Positions 16,166 to 20,000 of a DNA stretch of 20,000 bases are shown here, piece by piece. The stretch lies in the IMG/VR virus record IMGVR_UViG_3300010148_000009; one strand, 5' to 3'. The position numbers were made by a program, and so were the translations under genes. The DNA is from an uncultured virus (IMG/VR IMGVR_UViG_3300010148_000009). Lineage: Duplodnaviria; Heunggongvirae; Uroviricota; Caudoviricetes. A model generated the notes under the pieces. It was not told the origin of the DNA, searched no databases, and was given only the letters and a program-made list of their open reading frames with translations. Every line of letters begins with the position of its first letter. Within the stretch, counting starts at the first letter, position 1.

Positions 16166-16399
16166 TTAATTTCTGTAATTGTTTTCTCCCTCACCTGCGA
16201 TCATGTTTTCGTAGGCAGTAGCTTTTTCAGCGATCATCTTGAAGGTTACCCCTATGACTGCAAGCATCATAGCTTGGTCTTCAGTAAGCTCGCTTTCTTT
16301 AGGCTCAATGAAGTTTTCGAAGATGTACCCCATAGAGGAGTCCATTGCGTCGTTGGCGTTCATTTCGGAATCGGATTGGAAGTCTTTTTTAATGTTCAT
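16166..16399 (-). CDS. Hypothetical protein
   Basis: TTGCAT-17-TAGTAT-tatatc-ATG. Confidence 0.7.
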   Translation of the reverse strand: MNIKKDFQSDSEMNANDAMDSSMGYIFENFIEPKESELTEDQAMMLAVIGVTFKMIAEKATAYENMIAGEGENNYRN

Positions 16400-16471
16400 G
16401 ATATAATACTAAGGGAGTTTTTAATTTTATGCAAGGAAAAAGTGATCTAAAAGGAAAGAAAGTTGATTACG

Positions 16472-16543
16472 TAAGTTGTTACACATCAAGCACTTAGGCG
16501 GCGCGGCGGCCAGGCACCGAAGTGCCTAACCATCAACGACTTA
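16472..16543. repeat. Paired-palindrome element R9
   Basis: TAAGTtgTTACacaTCAAgcACTTA - 22 bp GC - GAAGTgcCTAAccaTCAAcgACTTA. Confidence 0.9.
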
Positions 16544-16545
16544 CA

Positions 16546-16713
16546 TCACTTGGGTTTGCGGTAGTAAAGCATGTTTAACATCTTTGCGTGTTGAGCTTTC
16601 TTTATTTGGTACTCTTCAGATTCGTCTCCTTGTTCTTCTCTTATTGCAAGCATGTGTCCGAATCGACGCAAACTTTCTTGCATAGTGTTTCTCTTTGGTT
16701 TTTCTGTTTTCAT
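16546..16713 (-). CDS. 55-aa hypothetical protein (MKTEKPKRNTMQESLRRFGHML...)
   Basis: Hand-translated; starts 1 nt after the upstream stop; its stop is 2 nt from R9. Confidence 0.6.
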   Translation of the reverse strand: MKTEKPKRNTMQESLRRFGHMLAIREEQGDESEEYQIKKAQHAKMLNMLYYRKPK

Positions 16714-16714
16714 A

Positions 16715-16948
16715 TTACGCTTTGTTTAGAGAAACGATTTGGTCGTAGCGAAACGAACGGACATCACCACGATTGTGGCAAAAGCTCCTAAAGCCTACGA
16801 CAGACTTACCTTCGCTCATGTTTCCAAACTCGTGAATATGTTGTGGTTTTGTGATGGTGTACATCTCGGTTCTTCCATCTTTGGTCGTATAGACGACTTG
16901 GTAGAGTGGGTTGAACCAACGATAGATTTTAGTTAGCATTTTCTTCAT
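16715..16948 (-). CDS. Hypothetical protein with WYL/SH3-like pattern
   Basis: VVYTTKDG...FCHNRGDVRSFRYDQI resembles the WYL-domain C..R...RSFR.DRI motif. Confidence 0.6.
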   Translation of the reverse strand: MKKMLTKIYRWFNPLYQVVYTTKDGRTEMYTITKPQHIHEFGNMSEGKSVVGFRSFCHNRGDVRSFRYDQIVSLNKA

Positions 16949-17168
16949 TCTTCTTTTCTCCTACGGGATTTTGATTGTAATAGTTGTAGATGTCGCAAGC
17001 TTCTTCTGCGTTCTCGCAACTATAAGAAATTATATCTCTTGGAATATCGTATGGAAACCAAGGAGTCTCGGATTCCTCAAAGTACACTTCGTACTTCTCG
17101 CTTTCTTCATTCCAAGTGGGCAAGTCGAGTGGTTTGCCGACACATACTGCTTCTATGTAATTGTTCAT
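16929..17168 (-). CDS. Acidic hypothetical protein
   Basis: TTGACA-17-TATTAT-tataatc-ATG. Confidence 0.7.
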   Translation of the reverse strand: MNNYIEAVCVGKPLDLPTWNEESEKYEVYFEESETPWFPYDIPRDIISYSCENAEEACDIYNYYNQNPVGEKKNEENAN

Positions 17169-17183
17169 GATTATAATAATAGA

Positions 17184-17336
17184 CTACTTGGTTGTTGGTG
17201 TCAAGAGTTTTTTGAATTTTTCTATGAAATGTATAGCGGCAAGAGCTTCGTCTCCGCTTATCTTACCTTGACTCCACATCTCTCTAGCTTCATCATCTAA
17301 TAGTCGTGCTACTTTTTCTATCTTAGTCATACTCAT
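17184..17336 (-). CDS. 50-aa hypothetical protein (MSMTKIEKVARLLDDEAREMW...)
   Basis: Hand-translated; ATGA overlap with the upstream stop. Confidence 0.55.
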   Translation of the reverse strand: MSMTKIEKVARLLDDEAREMWSQGKISGDEALAAIHFIEKFKKLLTPTTK

Positions 17337-17620
17337 AGTGAAGTCGCCTCAGTCCATGAAGATCTTGTTCTCCATTTTTTGTTTGGTTCGTTGTAGTTTC
17401 CTTCTTTGTCCCACCATCCAAACTCTAATACATCACCACCTTGGGTTTTGTCCCAACCTTTGGATAGGTAGTAGTTGTCTAGTTCTTCAATGTCAACCTT
17501 ATGAATATCAGACAACCAACTAGTGTCGAAATCTGAATCTTCATGAATTGTCCCATCTTCATTGACGAGCAGTATCCCAAAAGAACTATCGAATTGCATA
17601 GGTATTAATTCTTCTGTCAT
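17333..17620 (-). CDS. Acidic hypothetical protein
   Basis: Tightly packed minus-strand operon. Confidence 0.65.
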   Translation of the reverse strand: MTEELIPMQFDSSFGILLVNEDGTIHEDSDFDTSWLSDIHKVDIEELDNYYLSKGWDKTQGGDVLEFGWWDKEGNYNEPNKKWRTRSSWTEATSL

Positions 17621-17621
17621 G

Positions 17622-17858
17622 TTAGCAAGGGATTGGTGAGTCTTCGTCTGTATGAATAGTTATGCAAAAATGATCTGCTAACTCTTTGATCATCGTATCT
17701 TTATTGAAATAATTATACGCGAAAGTCAAAAGGTCTTCTTGGTCTTGTGCTGAATGTCCATCTCTGAGTTCATCGTATATCTCAAAGATGTTCATGTTCC
17801 AATTCCAACCTTCTACTCTTGATTCGATTTGTGCTTTAGTCATTTTTAACCTCCTCAA
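17622..17858 (-). CDS. Hypothetical protein (probable start MTKAQ, behind a GGAGG SD)
   Basis: Tightly packed operon. Confidence 0.65.
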   Translation of the reverse strand: MRRLKMTKAQIESRVEGWNWNMNIFEIYDELRDGHSAQDQEDLLTFAYNYFNKDTMIKELADHFCITIHTDEDSPIPC

Positions 17859-18039
17859 TAATTTGTTCCATTTGTTTTAAGACGGACTTCTTGTTACCTT
17901 TGAATCCGTACTCGGCTTTTGCGATTGAATATGCTGATTGACCTCTTCTAGTCATTCCAAGACACTCTAACTTGAGTGCGGATTTGAGACTGAGGAATCG
18001 AAACATATCGATTTGTTCGGGTGTGTCTAATGTTATCAT
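17836..18039 (-). CDS. Phage hypothetical protein (LKSALKLECLGM.RRG.SAY...K...GFKG)
   Basis: TTGACT-17-TAGTAT-tataac-ATG. Confidence 0.75.
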   Translation of the reverse strand: MITLDTPEQIDMFRFLSLKSALKLECLGMTRRGQSAYSIAKAEYGFKGNKKSVLKQMEQIIEEVKND

Positions 18040-18048
18040 GTTATAATA

Positions 18049-18288
18049 CTAGTTGACTTGTTCGGATAAGTCAAGGTTTTTTTCTCTGTTTTTCTTTAAT
18101 TCCCAACTAACATCATAGAGGTACTGACTAACTAGGTCGAGAGATCCCGCTATGTTTTTTAATTGAAATAAAATTTCATCGTTATTCTTTCTGTTCTCAT
18201 AGAGTTCATCTGCAACTCCATTGATTGCATCGGTGATTGAACATCTATCTTCTAGCTTTTTCTTGTGAGCTTCCATTATCTTATTCAT
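18049..18288 (-). CDS. Hypothetical helical protein
   Basis: TAATG coupling. Confidence 0.65.
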   Translation of the reverse strand: MNKIMEAHKKKLEDRCSITDAINGVADELYENRKNNDEILFQLKNIAGSLDLVSQYLYDVSWELKKNREKNLDLSEQVN

Positions 18289-18539
18289 TACTCTACTCCT
18301 AATACTGATTTTAATTGACGGAAATTTTCAGAGGTAATAAAAACTTCACGAACATAGTCATCTGACTCAGCTTCTACTTTTGCTATACGCTCGGCAACAA
18401 ACTTAGCGTGGCATAGTTCTCTTTCTCTCATTCCCCATTTAATAACTAATGGCATCCTGGGAAAGTGTTCCACAAGTTCTTCTAATTGTTTGGAGTCAAC
18501 GAAGCCCCAATGATCTATGATTTCTTTTAATATCTTCAT
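18288..18539 (-). CDS. Hypothetical protein
   Basis: ATGA coupling. Confidence 0.65.
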   Translation of the reverse strand: MKILKEIIDHWGFVDSKQLEELVEHFPRMPLVIKWGMRERELCHAKFVAERIAKVEAESDDYVREVFITSENFRQLKSVLGVE

Positions 18540-18913
18540 GCTGTTAATACTTTGTTGTGTGTTAGTGTTGCGAATCCTGAATAGTATACGGGACTTTCGG
18601 TGTTCTTGTCAACAAAAGAATTGTACTTGTAAGGATTATATGTAACTTGAGTTCCGATCATTACTGTACCACCTATGTCGTCAATCCTGCCCATAATACC
18701 TGCATGAACATTCTTGCGTTTTTCTTTGAGAACTTTTTCTCTACCTTTTTGGTTGACACGGAAACTGCAATCCCACATCTCTAGTTTGTCAGCATGAGCT
18801 TTTACTAGTCCGTCTTGCTTAACTGACCAACAATCTTTGTGGAGATTCTTGTATACAAATACTTTTCGACTAAAGTCGATGTCGTATCTCTTGTCTTCTT
18901 TTGTTCTGATCAT
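18536..18913 (-). CDS. Conserved phage hypothetical protein (VYKNLHK..WSV...GREKVLKEKRKNVHA...VTYNPYK)
   Basis: Recognisable motif set; start reassigned to ATG 18913 after TTGCGT-17-CATTAT. Confidence 0.8.
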   Translation of the reverse strand: MIRTKEDKRYDIDFSRKVFVYKNLHKDCWSVKQDGLVKAHADKLEMWDCSFRVNQKGREKVLKEKRKNVHAGIMGRIDDIGGTVMIGTQVTYNPYKYNSFVDKNTESPVYYSGFATLTHNKVLTA

Positions 18914-18977
18914 GTATATAATAATGACAGATAAAAGGTGTTGACGCAAGGAAAAAGTTCAATTAAAACAACATTTT

Positions 18978-19049
18978 TAAAACCTTAATAGTCAAGCACT
19001 TATGACTCGCGGCCGCCGCGCGCGCAAGTATCTGATAATCAAAGACTTA
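18978..19049. repeat. Paired-palindrome element R10
   Basis: TAAAAccTTAAtagTCAAgcACTTA - 22 bp GC - CAAGTatCTGAtaaTCAAagACTTA. Confidence 0.9.
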
Positions 19050-19072
19050 CAGCACACCTCTTTTCGGGACAC

Positions 19073-19102
19073 AAAAAAACCCCCCACCCGAAGGCAGGGG
19101 GC
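19073..19102 (-). terminator. Rho-independent terminator
   Basis: GCCCCCTGCC-TTCG-GGTGGGGGG-TTTTTTT. Confidence 0.8.
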
Positions 19103-19216
19103 AATCATGAGACATACAAAATGCTTTATTTAATTATTTATTTATATTATTTTTAATTTTATAATATTTTTTATAATTTAGAATGTTTTGTATTTATTAT
19201 TGTTATTTATTCTATA

Positions 19217-19285
19217 CTATTCTGCTTCTAATATCCATTTAATTCCTAATACTATAGCTAATGTAATGATTAATATAATTTCCAT
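19217..19285 (-). CDS. 22-aa hydrophobic micropeptide MEIILIITLAIVLGIKWILEAE
   Basis: Only ORF seen between a TTGACA-17-TAGATT promoter (about 19306-19334) and the 19073 terminator. Confidence 0.45.
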   Translation of the reverse strand: MEIILIITLAIVLGIKWILEAE

Positions 19286-19336
19286 ATAATTTATTGTAGT
19301 ATAATAATCTAAAGTAAAATGCGCGAAATGTCAAAT

Positions 19337-19381
19337 AAAAAACCTCCCCCCGCTTAAACATAGCAAAAAACGAGGAGAGGT
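19337..19381 (-). terminator. Terminator closing the non-coding transcript
   Basis: ACCTCTCCTCG...CGGGGGGAGGT followed by a T-run. Confidence 0.65.
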
Positions 19382-19537
19382 CGGATCACCAAATAAACTA
19401 AAAGGGATAGCGGGGTTTGCTAGTTTGTTTCAATGGGTAAGACATACCTGTTGCAGAATCTCTCTGCATACCATATCTAGCAAACCCCACCTTTTTTAAT
19501 CCAACGAACCAACAAGGCAGGTCGTATTGAAAATAGA

Positions 19538-19722
19538 TGTGGGGAGGGATTACTGTATACCCTCGACTTTTCGGGATGAACATCAGTTCATGGTGTACCT
19601 ACTTCGCACTACAAATTAGACATGGTATTTGTCATCGGCTCATTCGATTGAACTCTACCGCCCCACCACAGGGAATCTGCATACCTTAGCCCGCTCATCA
19701 CAGGCTTGCTCAGTCACCCACA
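19538..19722 (-). ncRNA. manA-like structured RNA (about 185 nt)
   Basis: Ends pair (TGTGGG/CCCACA). GTGACTGA...TAAGGT...GTGGTG...GGTATACAGTAATCC matches my recollection of the manA RNA motif of marine phages; not verified with a covariance model. Confidence 0.55.
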
Positions 19723-19815
19723 GGAAGGATTATAAGCCCTTCCAAAGTGTTTCCCGCAGGTAGTTTTTTCAACCCAAACCATATTGTTAATAGTGGCTAC
19801 CTACGAGAATTAAAA

Positions 19816-19827
19816 TGTTAAAGATCA
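19816..19827 (-). promoter_or_regulatory. boxA-like antitermination element
   Basis: TGATCTTTAACA, 11/12 match to rrn boxA TGCTCTTTAACA, between the promoter and the structured RNAs. Confidence 0.6.
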
Positions 19828-19875
19828 ATTTATTTTATTTATTTGAGTTTGGTTCTCAATTTTTATTATGTAATA

Positions 19876-19904
19876 ATTATACTATATAATATGTTATTTG
19901 TCAA
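19876..19904 (-). promoter_or_regulatory. Consensus sigma70 promoter driving the ncRNA cluster
   Basis: TTGACA-17-TATAAT on the reverse strand. Confidence 0.8.
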
Positions 19905-20000
19905 GTATTATTTTATATTTTTTGAAATAAGTTATTAACAATGTGCTTTATTCTTATTTGAAATAATTTTTTGTAATTTTAAATCGGCTTCTCGTTGTTG

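Noticed and set aside
10830..17523. Track ORFs 10830-11024, 12266-12583, 12635-12961, 12666-12875, 14550-14783, 14612-14797, 15250-15456, 15311-15937, 15941-16144, 16588-16791, 16739-16936, 16971-17300, 17338-17523
   Set aside because: Antisense or alternate-frame overlaps of genes that have promoters, coupling or recognisable motifs.
7759..19049. CRISPR array interpretation of the repeats
   Set aside because: Intervals are 0.67-2.4 kb and contain genes, the repeats are 71-72 bp and divergent, and no cas genes are present.
7759..19049. Classical integron attC sites or XerCD dif sites
   Set aside because: No RYYYAAC/GTTRRRY ends, no integrase in the window, and cassettes carry their own promoters. 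The 11-3-11 box geometry does not fit the 11-6-11 dif layout.
19398..19583. 61-aa ORF
   Set aside because: Overlaps strongly base-paired elements within a boxA-led transcript; no SD or promoter geometry.
1..20000. Stop-codon reassignment
   Set aside because: Long genes (terL, phoH, DUF932, GP88) read intact in the standard code. The short ORFs have their own promoters or coupled starts and end in all three stop codons.

Overview
Window from a large tailed dsDNA phage genome, standard genetic code, with two distinct halves. (1) 1-6508: an AT-rich, tightly packed minus-strand core operon (PhoH, Zn-ribbon protein, sigma-70/ECF-like factor, a 349-aa unknown, a degenerate methyltransferase-like protein, a Zn-finger/ERCC4-type nuclease and the terminase large subunit). 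(2) ~6720-20000: an early or 'host-takeover'-like accessory region of about 40 small genes in two convergent arrays (plus strand 6760-11808, minus strand 19285-11894), about 20 of them with their own sigma70-type promoter placed for leaderless translation. The main unexplained structure is a 71-72 bp element found 10 times, roughly once per kb. It consists of two 25-bp palindromic boxes (TAAGT-NN-YTGA-NNN-TCAR-NN-ACTTA) separated by a 21-22 bp almost pure-GC spacer, and it divides the region into gene cassettes. Three copies have a consensus antisense promoter firing into them. The region also has a tRNA-like gene whose anticodon loop is replaced by a 48-nt branched insert (with a G3.U70 pair), a promoter/boxA/terminator-bounded non-coding transcript containing a manA-like RNA, and several 16-26 aa hydrophobic micro-ORFs. 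All calls come from reading the sequence by eye; no database searches were run.
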